Below, piece after piece: positions 1 through 11,777 of a stretch of 64,000 nucleotides of DNA; positions within the stretch are counted from its first letter, which is position 1; each line of letters opens with the position of its first letter. The stretch comes from Spongospora subterranea f. sp. subterranea (taxonomy: Eukaryota): NCBI GenBank assembly GCA_049724395.1, contig JAUGWO010000065.1:1-64000 (forward strand), in the 5' to 3' direction. A program made the translations under genes and the position numbers. Under the pieces are notes generated by a model. That model was not told the origin of the DNA. It saw only the letters and a program-made list of their open reading frames with translations, and ran no database searches.

Positions 1-632
1 CTCAGTGTTTGCAGTTTGACGTTGGAATTCGTGATGGTTTTAATGGCCCTGGGAGGACCTCGCCAGATCACAAAATTCTTCGCCTGAAACACCACATTTT
101 AACGGATTATAGAAATTAATCACCAATTCAGTTATATTGTGACAATTGAAGAGCGTCGATATTCTGCTGAATTGTACACAATTACCAGAACGAACCAGTG
201 AGACCTGGCGATACAAGTTCGTGGAATTCGGAGCGTATTTGAGCGACATAGGGTCAGATAATACCTGAGGATCGTTTGACATTTAAAGGCGGTGGAGGTT
301 GAATGACACAATGGCATATAATGGAGATGATGGTCCACATTCATGAAATAGTGTAATGGTCGGCGATGTGTTATTTGAATAATACCTTGACCGTTGCCCT
401 TCAGGTGAAATAGGCAATAGACTCCATCGACCGTTATCCTCAAAGTACAACATTCGTTTCTATTGTGATTATTGGCTGAATATATAAAACATCACAATCC
501 GTATTTCATAACCCATTATGAGTATTTCGACCGATCAGTTCTGTCCCAAGTCCACAAGTCGAACTACAGTAACGCGTTTTCCCATTTTATTCAGTAATTG
601 GGTGTGTCAAACAAATTACGCGCATTGGAAAT

Positions 633-1790
633 CTAATCATGGGATGACCGAGAATTATACTGACAGACATCAGATGCCTTTTTGCCTCTTCCAGGACAGC
701 AATTGCGACTGAACCTGGTGTAGGCTAGTGATTCTCCCCATCTTCGAACAAATTCCTCAACACTTCCAGCGCAATGACGATGTAAACAATTATTGACAGG
801 AAGAAGGTATTTTCTGACCAAAGTGGTTAAACCCGAATGAGGCGATGTAATTGATGCTGTTTTCGATATCACGAACTGATCATACTCTTTGAGAATTTCG
901 GAAAACGCTGGGAGAAGATCTCGGGTTGATTTATAGCGAAGCTCCAGTCTTGCTGGAATATCAAATGGAGGCTCGATCGATCCGCAAAGATGGGACTCCA
1001 AGCCATGACATTTCCGAGTGCCGAATTCCCCATGTGCGAATCGAGGGCCCCATTTTCGAATCCATTCATTTATATCTTGGCGACAGTGATGAACAAAGCA
1101 CCCCCAGATGGGTTTCTGAGTCAGGCTATAATATGATTGGAGAACATTTTTAGCCGCGGGGCCACTTGATTGGTATTTCTCGTAGAATTCACAGCACAGT
1201 TTGAGTTTTTCTTCAGCGGTTTTTGACGTTGAAACAACAACAACAAGAGCTCTCAGATCCAATAAACCGAAGTTTTTGTCTCTGAAAGCACAAATGTTAG
1301 TCAGTTTTTTTTTTAAAAAAAAAGGCGAATGAAAACCTGTTGTCAGGGTTTGGGACGATTTTCGTCCTGTGGTAACCGCAGGTGGGATGATTTGGTCCAC
1401 CACCGGGGCAGGATTTCGCTCCAAAATTCTGGTGAGAGAAACGCGTTCCCCAACGTGTCTGAAACAGGTCCATGTCTTTGCCACAACATTTCACAAGACA
1501 TTGGAGGACGGGGATACAGATTCGCTCCAAACAACGAATCGCATTAGGATTAAATCTGCCGAACGATCTTCTGCGAGAGATCACCAGTTTCAAAACAAAA
1601 TTTGAAATTCGGATCAGTTTTTGCAGGGTGTTGGTTCCCTTGACAATTAGCCGAGGTGGAGGAACATCGATGTTGTTTTTTCCGGCCTCAACGGTATTCC
1701 GCCCCGACTTTGCGCACAAAAATAGTTTCATTATGTCTTCCGTTATGGCGACACTGTTGTGAAACTCGACCTGTTCTGGATTCGTGTCCT
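633..1790 (-). CDS. 3' part of a spliced gene encoding three copies of a Cys/His-rich module (P-x3-C-x3-C...F/W-x2-(R/K)WG...F-x4-C-x-G); function unknown
   Basis: ORFs 1297..1731 and 633..1484 join in frame (DNR|DKN) across a 55-bp intron at 1336-1282 (GT...CTGACTAAC branch site...TTCAG). Upstream exons are uncertain and look degenerate. Confidence 0.6.
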
Positions 1791-2842
1791 TTCCCTAACG
1801 AGACGATACCGTCAAATCCCAGACAGAGCGGGGAATCAGAGTTCTGACCAGAAACACACAGAGACTATCATAGTCTTTGACCTCATCCAGGTCCCAGTTT
1901 AGGACCCGACAGAGCATTCTCAATGCCACAAAGTACTTGCCATGACGGAATCGAACCATTTTTTGATTCTGCTTTGGAATCCCATCCTAGTACGCCATAA
2001 GCAGATATTGGTTATCACGGTTATCGGCAATCGATTACTGGCACGAAATTTTCAAGAACGTCAACAGGCTGGGGATTCGAATTAATCGTACTTTCGATGA
2101 GGCAATCGAAAGTTTTTCCCTCTACGCTTTCAATTGACTGTTGACCATTAATACTCATACGGGATGCATCATGGTTTGAACTCGTGCTCGGATAACAATC
2201 CTAAGACGAACTTAGCAAACCGAAACACAGGTTGGACTAAGACTGAACGGCTAAGTTTCTGGAAGAACAGTCACCAAACTGGTGGGCGTTTCTGCCATCA
2301 ATGGGGATTCGATTTGGATCGACAAGACAGTCGGGGTTATCGCGCTCTTGGCTCAACTGTTGAGAATCGATACTGATATGAGACGCGTCAATTTTCGAAC
2401 CCGGTCTCGATTTCCATTCCTAAAAGAACACTTCACAAGCCGCATTTCTATATGAAAATGAACTGATCGATTACATTCATCGAAGAACTTTCACCAAACC
2501 GGTCGACCCCATTGCTATTGGAATTATCAAAAGCCAACACGGAATTGCCTGGCAGCCAATGTAACTCTAATGTAGAATATTCGAATATTGGAAAGTGTAA
2601 ATCGTGGGTCTTATCATAGATCATTGCCCACTCCTGAGACGACGACATGGTGTCCTTCAAGGACCAATGATTCCATAATTTAGAGAGTTCTTTGGAGCGA
2701 CGTTTCGCAATCCATACCGATAAAGTCGAGGAGGCGATTCTTGTGGCGACATTGGTCTGAGCTGTGCCAAGCGGTTTGTCCCAACAATGCCCAGATTCGA
2801 TTGTCACAGATCGAGTCGGTCTGATCGCCACAAGCAGGAACA

Positions 2843-3187
2843 CCAACAAGTTGAGGACACACATTGGAGGAATGGCGCAACAGTAGAGCGGATCGCTAAA
2901 GGGGAAAGGATGAGTTCAGAGTGAAAGATGAGACGAACGGGCTCTAGGTGTCATACACCAGGGTTAAGTTACCCGATTATCCTCTTCAACCAATTCAACT
3001 TTCCTGTTGTGATTTAGTTCGGCATTTGATAGGTTCGTTGTTCTACTACATCCTTCATAACGTGTTGGCTGCTTATCGAAGGTATTGTATGGAAGGGTAT
3101 GGTGTCATTCCCTGAACTCATCCTTGCCCGTTTGGCGAACCTCGCTACTTTGCGCCATTCCTCCAATGCGTGTCCTCAACTTGTTGG
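2843..3187. repeat. Inverted duplication, arms ~2843-2919 and ~3113-3187
   Basis: 2843-2880 is the reverse complement of 3150-3187 with 1 mismatch in 38 bp; weaker similarity continues toward the spacer. Confidence 0.85.
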
Positions 3188-3499
3188 GATTGCTACGAAC
3201 CGCTTGCCACATAGTCATGCTGTTATTTTTACAGATTTATAGGGAATTTTTTTAAATTTTGTGAATAAATTTGTTGGTGTAGTGGAGTGGGTGAGTACCG
3301 GGTGAATAGTCTATGTTGGTCACACTACACCTGTGCTCCATCGTCTCGTCTCCATTGGAACAGCGTAGGCAACAAACTAATCTGCGCTTAGAAGAATTGC
3401 AAACCGCACATCGTTTGCAATTTCAAGTCGGCGAGCATCGTCCTCAGTCGACGAAAACACGTGGTCGGGCAAACAGAAAGAATTCCTTGACTGGAACGT

Positions 3500-5530
3500 T
3501 TGCAAATGCTATCAAAATGATTAATCAATGAAATCAAGTTTCTTCTGTTTTTGCACGAAGTCAAAGATCGTCGGCCATACAAGTGTGGCCGGAAACGCTC
3601 GTCGATTGCGCTCAGCAACACGTCTGAACCGGAGAACTGCAGCCCTGATCATTTGGTTGGCATACTCTTGATGGATACGTCAATGATGTTATGGATAGTT
3701 TGAGACTGCAGCATATGCTGGGGCGGTATCCTCCTGAATTTATTGATACCGGCACGCTTTTTGAGTATTAAAAAATTCCTCAAAAGCTCAACAAAGGACG
3801 TCATGGATCGTGAAAACGCAATGTTGTTAGATTGTTGGAGTTGGGACTTTGGCCGATTAAATTTCCGCCCATGAGTTTGGCAAACTCGCTAAGCACTGTT
3901 GAGACTTGGACAGCGAGGAGGGCCTAAAGCAGCGGACAGATTATCTGCTATCTTTCGCTCTGACGTGCAGGGGCGACAATCTTCGACGACTGAAGTTATC
4001 GGAGATTGGACATAAATTCTTCCCCGGCGAGTGGCGCTCATCTTCTGCGTACTGTGTGGCGAAGGTCGAAGAAAAACCAGTTTGGAAAAGTGCAACAGAA
4101 TGCGTTGCTGCGTCATTAATCAGTGAGTTTGTGCCCTTTCGGCTTGTATTTGTATTTCTTTTTTCGATTTCAAGTTCGGGGCGATCCTTGGCCTAATCTT
4201 TCTGAAGCAAGCCGTTGGTGCAACCAATACGTTTTGCGGAATGGTATCCATTCAGAGAAGCCGATGACATACACCAAACAGTATGAAGCCATCAAGGCCG
4301 CTCAAACTTCGTTTGGTCTGGCGATCACAGCGAAAACGCAGATGGGTAGAAAGGGCGGCGCGTCCATGGCCGAAAATCTGGGTGCAAGTGAAGCCTCTGT
4401 TTGACAAGAATGGCCACTGGCAAGTACGTTCGCCTGGCGGGGCCTACACAAACAACGTCATCCCATGGTAATGCGCTCGGGTTTTCGCAGGGTTCTCGGC
4501 CGATCCCAAACAGTATTACCTGCCACGAGCTCTGCTGGACCTGCCGGAACATCTTCGAAAGCTGGTGTTTCCCTGCATCGTTGTTATCGTCCGGCGTTAG
4601 AAAGATGGAGATTGCAGGACGCTTCCTCAGGTTGCTAGACCACATGCGAACAGTCATCCTACAAGACTCTGCTATTCTAATAGCTGATGAGGATCATCCA
4701 TCTCATGCAATATGGCAACATCCGATATTCTCTTCAGAGGCGTTCACGACCTTTGCTGCTGAGCTATCCGGCAAGATCTCTTCCACCGTAAGTCTTGCGA
4801 GCGTTGCCAGTCGTCGGCGGTCATCTATGCGAGCTGGTTCATGCGAGGCTGTTCATTCGCGATCAATATCTTGTCTTGACCAGAAGCTCGTCCAGAAGAT
4901 CCAGCAAGTGAACGAGCACATGAACAAAATTTGCTAATGCTCCGCCACGAAGCAGCACCCCTGTCTTCAAGTGATGGAGTCCACTTTAACTGGACTGGGA
5001 AATTGTATGTCGACACAGGTATGGGCGGATCAACTGCATGATTTCTGAAAACCATACTAAGAGAAGTATTGATGATAATCACAGGTTGGATCGGCTGCGA
5101 GAGCAGATGCTGTCGCTGTCGCGAGTCGTCCTTCCGAATCGCCTCAATTTGACACGAATGGCAATGCCGATTATGTCATCGAGCCGGCTGTCATTGTTCC
5201 TGACCCGGCTGTTGTTGCCCCGTTCCGAATGAACAGATCTGTGACGACGGTGCACGATGGATGGAAGGAATGGAAATACGGCGGTATTTCCATGGACAAC
5301 ATCGTGGTACCGCCGATAGAAGGGCTGGAATCGCGTCCTGACAAGAATTGAAGAGGTGCCAAGAGCTCTGCGGAAGGGAAGTTTTTTTCTAGACGAAAAC
5401 CTTTGTATGATGCTGTTGACGACTTGCTCAAGGAGGGATTTAGAGAATCCGACGCGCTCGACGACATATGCGTTTCCAAATGTCATACGCTTCGGAAGCT
5501 TTGCGATCAAAGTTGCTATACTATACGGCA
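3500..5530 (+). mobile_element. Degenerate Crypton (CryptonF-like) element: tyrosine-recombinase/Ndc10-like domain plus C-terminal GCR1_C domain
   Basis: Fragments TDYLLSFALTCRGDNLRRLKLSEIG, PWPNLS..W..YVL, TKQYEAIKAA..KTQMGRKGGASMAE..GHW and VILQDSA..HPIF. At ~5225-5460: RMNRSVTTVHDGWKEWKYG..IEGLE..*RG..EGKFFSRRKPLYDAV (GCR1_C-like). Several stops and frameshifts. Confidence 0.75.
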
Positions 5531-6226
5531 TCTGGGACAGAGTTCGTTGCTTTTCTAGTAGCCTTACAGCAATATAACCTATAAAGATGCTAACTTTGGC
5601 CGTTTCGTTTGAATGCGATTTATTGATGTGAGGCTGCCGGTGGTCGTCGACTTTATACTAATGTAAAGTAGTTGAACACGAAGTAGATGACATATTCTTT
5701 TTAATATTCGAAAATACGCCAGGTAGAGTAAAACTTCTATCCTATCGGATCGCGGTATCCATAAAACGGCTTTCTATTGGAACGAGTTCGAAAAATGGGA
5801 AGTGGCATCGGCAATGTGGGTGCGAGAGTGAACGGATCGCATTTATCGCAAAGACGGTGACGCGTGGGCGATCTGACCAACCCTGATTTATCCTTAGAGA
5901 ATCTGGACATTAGCCGGACACGATGTTGGGCATTGGCATAGCAGTCGACAGAGACGTCAAGCGAAGCAGGCCTGCACCGCCTGGCAAAATGCTCTCCAGA
6001 GGCTGGCGCGTTGACGACCGCCCAAGGGAACAAGTGAATTTTATTTCCAATAAAAATGACTAGGCGTCAATTTATTTGAAAATACATTTTGAAATACGAA
6101 AATACTGCACCAAAGTTTGATGCAACACGGTAGGACTACGGTAGGCATGGACACATCTACCATGGGGATGGACATTTATCTCTTCTCTGATGAGTCAGAT
6201 AATTCCCATTGTAGAATACAGAAAGT

Positions 6227-6858
6227 CATTATTGTTTTTAGGCAGGTTCGGGAGATATCGATCGCTAGACGAAATTATATCCGTCACATTACAATAATGG
6301 CGAATGGAGTCGATCACATACCGCTACATAAACTCTGAGCATCGCCGAGCGCAAAACCTGTATGAGAAACTTCGCTCGACTCGAAACCGCGATCAGTCTA
6401 AACTGCCCACAATCTAAACGGTACGCAAGCCTGATGTTCAAAACAAGAAAAATATGAGAACGCCACCTGAAAAGTTAATGCAGATCGAATAAGACGTCAT
6501 TATAAAATTCCAACCCTAACAGTCTGAGAGAAAACCTTGCCTGGGATTAGCATGTATACGTGCAGCATTGAAAAAGCGAATCAACCCTTCATCAGCACGA
6601 AGAGCTAGACCGTCACGCGCAGAGGATCCATCCCCAACCTTATATTTTATTGTTAAAGTTCTCCCCTAAAGGTAGCAGCATCGGTTTCAGCCTGGATCGC
6701 GTTCAGCTCAGCAGTGAATGATTATGTTGTCGATATGGATCGACGTGGACGTGGAAAGGCGGCTGTTCTCGACTACATTCGCCATTATTGTAATGTGACG
6801 TAATAATCTCGTCTACAATAGACTCAATACACACCGAACTTGCCTAAAAACAATAATG
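6227..6858. mobile_element. Non-autonomous TIR element (MITE-like), ~85-bp imperfect terminal inverted repeats beginning CATTATTGTTTTTAGGCA
   Basis: 6227-6313 is the imperfect reverse complement of 6768-6858. 6181-6288 also recurs directly at 6867-6980, ahead of the transposase remnant. Confidence 0.7.
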
Positions 6859-6866
6859 TAATTCTT

Positions 6867-8620
6867 TCTTCTCTGATGAGTCACATAATTACCATCGTAG
6901 AGTACAAAATGCCATTATTGTTTTAGGCAAGTTCGGTCTTATTGAGATATCGAACGCTAGACGAGATTATTTCTGTCACAAGGTCACCCCCTTCCAAGAA
7001 CAACATTTTTCTTGGGATTCACGACGACCCTGCTAACGCATCGAAACCAATCCAATCTGAGTACTCAATTTCAATGGCTCGAAAATTTACACGCTCAATG
7101 CAATTACACCACGCGAGAGAACGGAAAAAATTGAAGTCTTCGGCCGAACCTGAACCTGATTGGTGATCATAGCGACATTTTTGATTTTCGAATGATGAGG
7201 TCTTGACTGACAAAGAAATTGATTCATCAACGACCTCGTTTTTTTAATGAGTCCCTGGAGCTGGATGACATCTTCTTATCAGTTACTCCACATAGCACGA
7301 TTACGTTGTGGAGAAGATAAAAGGCAACCAAGCCAAAGTGGACTCGTTATCAAACAATCACAATATTCTGGAGTATTTTAGCTGGTGCGCTGGACACAAA
7401 CTAATAATGAGCAGTGGGTCTGCGATGGATTATCGTCCGATTCTGGGTCAGAAAATGCGAGAGCTTTCTCCCGACACAGCACCCAAAAACTGCTTGATGA
7501 TCTTACAGTCTTTAACTGCTCCCAAAAACCATCGATAAAAGGTTGAAGACATCTTCAAATACAACTATCTGCGATTTTATGTAATCAAGCGATATGTCAG
7601 TTTATGAATTTTATGACAATGATGCACGCCTCGAAACAAGTTACATCTCTGTTTTTCCGCGAAACAACGCTAATTCATATTCACGAAAGATCAGACGATG
7701 GGTCATGTCACACCGCCAAGGTTGTTTTATCACTTGTAAATGACGAAGATTTCGCCAAAAAATGCGTGATATGGCTACGATCGCAGCGGAACGACTCGGT
7801 ATCTGGACTATCATTCTCGCAATGGTGAAATATGAATTACACGTTCGTTTGAAAATGGATAATCCTGTCAGAATCTTAGAAAGAACGGCAACACGGTGGT
7901 TGAGTACGCTGGGTTTTGCGTTTTGGAGGATATAAGAAAGGTCTGTATAATGACGTCCATGAAAGGGAAGACGTCGTAATAATATATAGAGAGACATTTT
8001 TATCTCGAATGGACGTCTAGGAGCGAAGGATGGCAAAATTTGAGAGAGACGAGTTGATGAATATTGTGGAGTCAACGGAGAGCAAAAATTAGTTTATTAA
8101 CACACGATAAATCATGTTTCAGCGCGTCCGACGGGGAAAATACTATTTGGATTGATGATAATCATATGCCATTACGGCTTAAGGGAGAAGGAAGAGTGTA
8201 ATGGTACCAGAATTCCAAAGCGAGTGCCATGGACCCCTCAAACTTGATGCTGTACAGCAAGCTCAGAACCCTGGCGTTCTTATTGAATCAGTGGCAATAG
8301 TAACGCCCAGTAAAAACTCGGATGGATACTGGTGTAGACGAATGCTAATCTAGCAAACCAGCTGGGCGATAAAGTTTTGCCAATTTTCAGGATTCTACAT
8401 CCGAATTGTCACACTTTGTTCTTGTTTGATAACTCGCAGAACCATCATGCCCTGCCATCCGATGCACTTAACGCAAAGGTCCTAACAGTAAAAGATGGCG
8501 GAAAGAACATTAGGTCTCAGCGAAATGGATGGTCCATCCAGGAATGCCAAACATTGACTCAGCCCATGCAGGATGATCAAGGCGTACACCCGATTTCCAA
8601 GAGCAGCGGGAGTAATTAGT
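6867..8620 (+). mobile_element. Degenerate IS630/Tc1-mariner-related DDE transposase of the type common in fungi and protists
   Basis: ERTATRWLSTLGF, HDKSCFSASDG, KGEGR, KNSDGYW and LPIFRILHPNCHTLFLFDNSQNHHALPSDALNA..GGKN..RNGW, broken by frameshifts; preceded by the same terminal sequence as the MITE. Confidence 0.65.
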
Positions 8621-9299
8621 GGAAATCGTGGAACAAATTGGTGGAATCATCGTCGGCGGGTGCTCATCCAGACCTTGTGCTTGCGCAAGCGGGAGTGGTT
8701 AACGGAAATCGTGGACAAAGCAAACAAGCATTGACTATTACAAAGTTTACAGGGGAATGTCGTCAATTTAGCACGCCCTTTGGTTTGATCCACAAACCCA
8801 ATGTTCTAGGACAAGTAATCGACAGCACAAACGCATGCCGGCGCGATCGGAAACGGTCAACAAAAGGTCAAACACTTATCGCCGCGTATAGAGTTCCTGG
8901 AGACACAAGAGTGACGAATTGCATTGCAAATAGAATTTGCTGTTAAGAAATCAAGCGATCATCGCAGCCTGCCAAAAAGGATGCTGGAAAACCTCCAACT
9001 TTGATAAACATCGGATAATTACTGTTGGTTTATCAGTTGCAATTGCGCAATTTAATTTTACCCGCACGGTGTTTCTTAAATTGTGCGCGCAGTTTTCAAA
9101 TTCCAAATTGAAAAGCGTGTCAAGTTAAGATGTCCGGTACTGTATGCCCATTCTATGCCTCACGACTTTCGTCATCAGTCGAATTTGGCGCTTGCGCCAT
9201 GGGCAGTGTAGAGGAGACACAGCTTGGAGCTGTAAATGGCAGATGTAGCCAACATGTCTTTCGATCAGCTTCAAGCTGAAGCTGCTAAAATCAACATGA

Positions 9300-11761
9300 T
9301 GACGAAAGTCGTGAGGCATAGAATGGGCATCGTAAACCCAGGGGAAAATTTGACGTAAGCTGAAGCGGTCCCGGCAATGCTCAGCAAACATCGCATCACA
9401 GTATTCAAATTCAGTGGACTCAAGGTTGACTTCCTTGCTTGGGTAAATATGATCACTTATACTTTGAATCGTCTGGACTTTTCGAAGCATTGGGTGCGCA
9501 CGAAGATGGTTCGCCCGCCGACAAGCACGAAAATCCATCCGGCGAGCAAATGAAGGCGAAGGATAGCGAAGCATGATCGATAACTGGTTCAAGCTCGTCA
9601 GGAGGACATAGAGGAAGTCGGCGAGTACGTCTCTCGGGTGAATCAAGCTGCTGGCGCACTGCGAGCAATAGCACCACCCAGCATCATCTCTGTTGGAGAC
9701 CATCTTCTGGCAATCATCATTCTGAATGGCTCAATCAGCATTTTTCATCTTCAATATCTGCATGTCTTTCCCGATCAGTTAAAGACCCGCCTTCTAGAGA
9801 TGAGATAACGGCTTTGGCAATTGAGATCGAAACCCCCGCATAGTATCAAGCATTCCTGTTATTGATGGAAGTGCTGCCATCATCCTGGTTATTCGGGCTG
9901 AACTTGACGAAATAAGACGTAAGTCGTCTCGGGGTCGGTGCCGCGGTGACAACTGGTCCGGGCAAACGACATTTACATGTTGGCGGGAACGCAAAATGCT
10001 TCCTACCAAGCACCCGAGCTTTATATCGAATACAAGAATGCCAACATGGCTTCCATTTATGAGAGGGTATCCAGTCTTGATAGCGTTTCGGCTCGGGCGG
10101 GACGACCACATGTTCTTCAACAAGGGCTCCTTCGTTTCGTATAGCGAACAAGTTGGTCCTCTGATCGAAATGGCAAATAATAATTTAATATCATCAACTG
10201 GGGAAGGAACAAGCACTTTCACAATCAATGGCAAGCTGTTTCAAACCACCAATGCCCTACATGTACCTGGACTAGGCAAGAACCTGTTCTCGGTTGGCCA
10301 GTCCACTGCCATAGGCATTAAATATCTGTTCGATGGAAACGAGATGATAATATACGTTGCTACAGGTTTCCAACGGCCGATTGAGAACATCCTAGCGACA
10401 GTGACCAAAGATCACGATAATATATATCGTATGAATTGCAGCATTTCCGATCCCTCCAAGATACCTGGTTCTCCTGAAATAACGGCCTCGGACGCGCCAT
10501 TGAAGCATCATGAATCGGTGACATCACATGCGAAGCACTGGCCCAAGACAACTCCCGCATCGTTCGTAAAGCAAAACGGCACTGTTACGGAGACAATTGT
10601 TCATGAACGACTTGGTCATTTCAATCTACCCGATGTTCGTCGCCTGATTCACAAATCGGCAAAAGGACTCCGATGCCTGCCAAATTATAGAATGCAGGAG
10701 CAATGCGAACCATTCATATTGGCGAAAATAAAGCGAGAACCATTTCCCTTAAGCGCGAATTGAATCACGAGCCGGCCAGGAGAATTGGTATTCAGCGATC
10801 TCAAAGGCCCATTTTTCATGTCCTGGCTTGCCAAATCGCTACCAGTATTTCGCAACATTCATAGATCATCACACGAGGTTTTCTAAAGTTTACTTGATCC
10901 AAAGAAAATCTGAATGGCTCACCGTCTATGAAAAATGTACGAGGGCTGGATGGCAACGAATCACATGAGTGCAATATCAAGAATCGAATCGATACAGACG
11001 GGCAATGCAGGTGAAATGATCTCTGCTACGTCGGAGTCGTATTTCGCTGGGAAAGGTACCCACCATCGCACGATTGTGCCATATGATTCCGAATCGAATT
11101 GTCTGCCCGAGCGACTCAATCGATCAATAACGGATAGTGCTGAGGCTATGCGATTTCGTGCTAGGGTTTACATTGGAGTCTCATCTAACACACCTTCACT
11201 CAATGGAACCTCCTCAGTTGGTCATTTCAAGACGTTGACGATTTGCCTTGAATGACGAGCGGGCACAGGGCTTAGTCAGAAAATCACCTGAATAATTCCA
11301 AATGCCACTGCATCACGAGTGAAGTGAAATTGCACTTCAATGTCTTTGGTGCGTTGTTCCATTCGACTGTTAATCTGTGATAACAGACAAAGAGAGAAAA
11401 ATCGATTGATTCGGATTGCGGGACACGGCTTTTGTGGCGAGGGTTCACATTGGAGTCTCATCCAACAACCAGGATTGTCGCTGAAAGATGAAATAAAACC
11501 TTCACATCGAAGAAAACTCGTGATCTTCGATGCGAGAAATCATCCAGTAAAATCAGCCCATTATCCTCGCCGAGTCGAAAAACCTTCGAATCGAAGAAAA
11601 CTCGTTATTTAAGTTCGATCCCGTTGCGAGTCGAATGTTCATTCAAGTGAACGGTGGCGATGACTCTCGCCGTTGAGGGTCTGTTACACTCACTGTAAAT
11701 AACTGTATAAATAAGTGCAAGTGTAAATAAAGTGTACGATCGACGTTTCTCGATCACAACA
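9300..11761 (+). mobile_element. Internally deleted and rearranged Ty1/Copia LTR retrotransposon
   Basis: Gag-like EEVGEYVSRVNQAAGALRAI..DHLLAIIILNG; protease DHMFFNK..ALHVPGLGKNLFSVGQ; pre-integrase HERLGH..CEP..AK..REPF; integrase GELVFSDLKGP, FIDHHTRFSKVY, PYDSESNCLPERLNRSI. RNase H tail RTKDIEVQFHFTRD lies on the minus strand (~11280-11390). LTR-like end with TATA/AATAAA and terminal ...CACAACA at ~11761. Confidence 0.8.
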
Positions 11762-11777
11762 ACGGTTTCGTCGAGCG

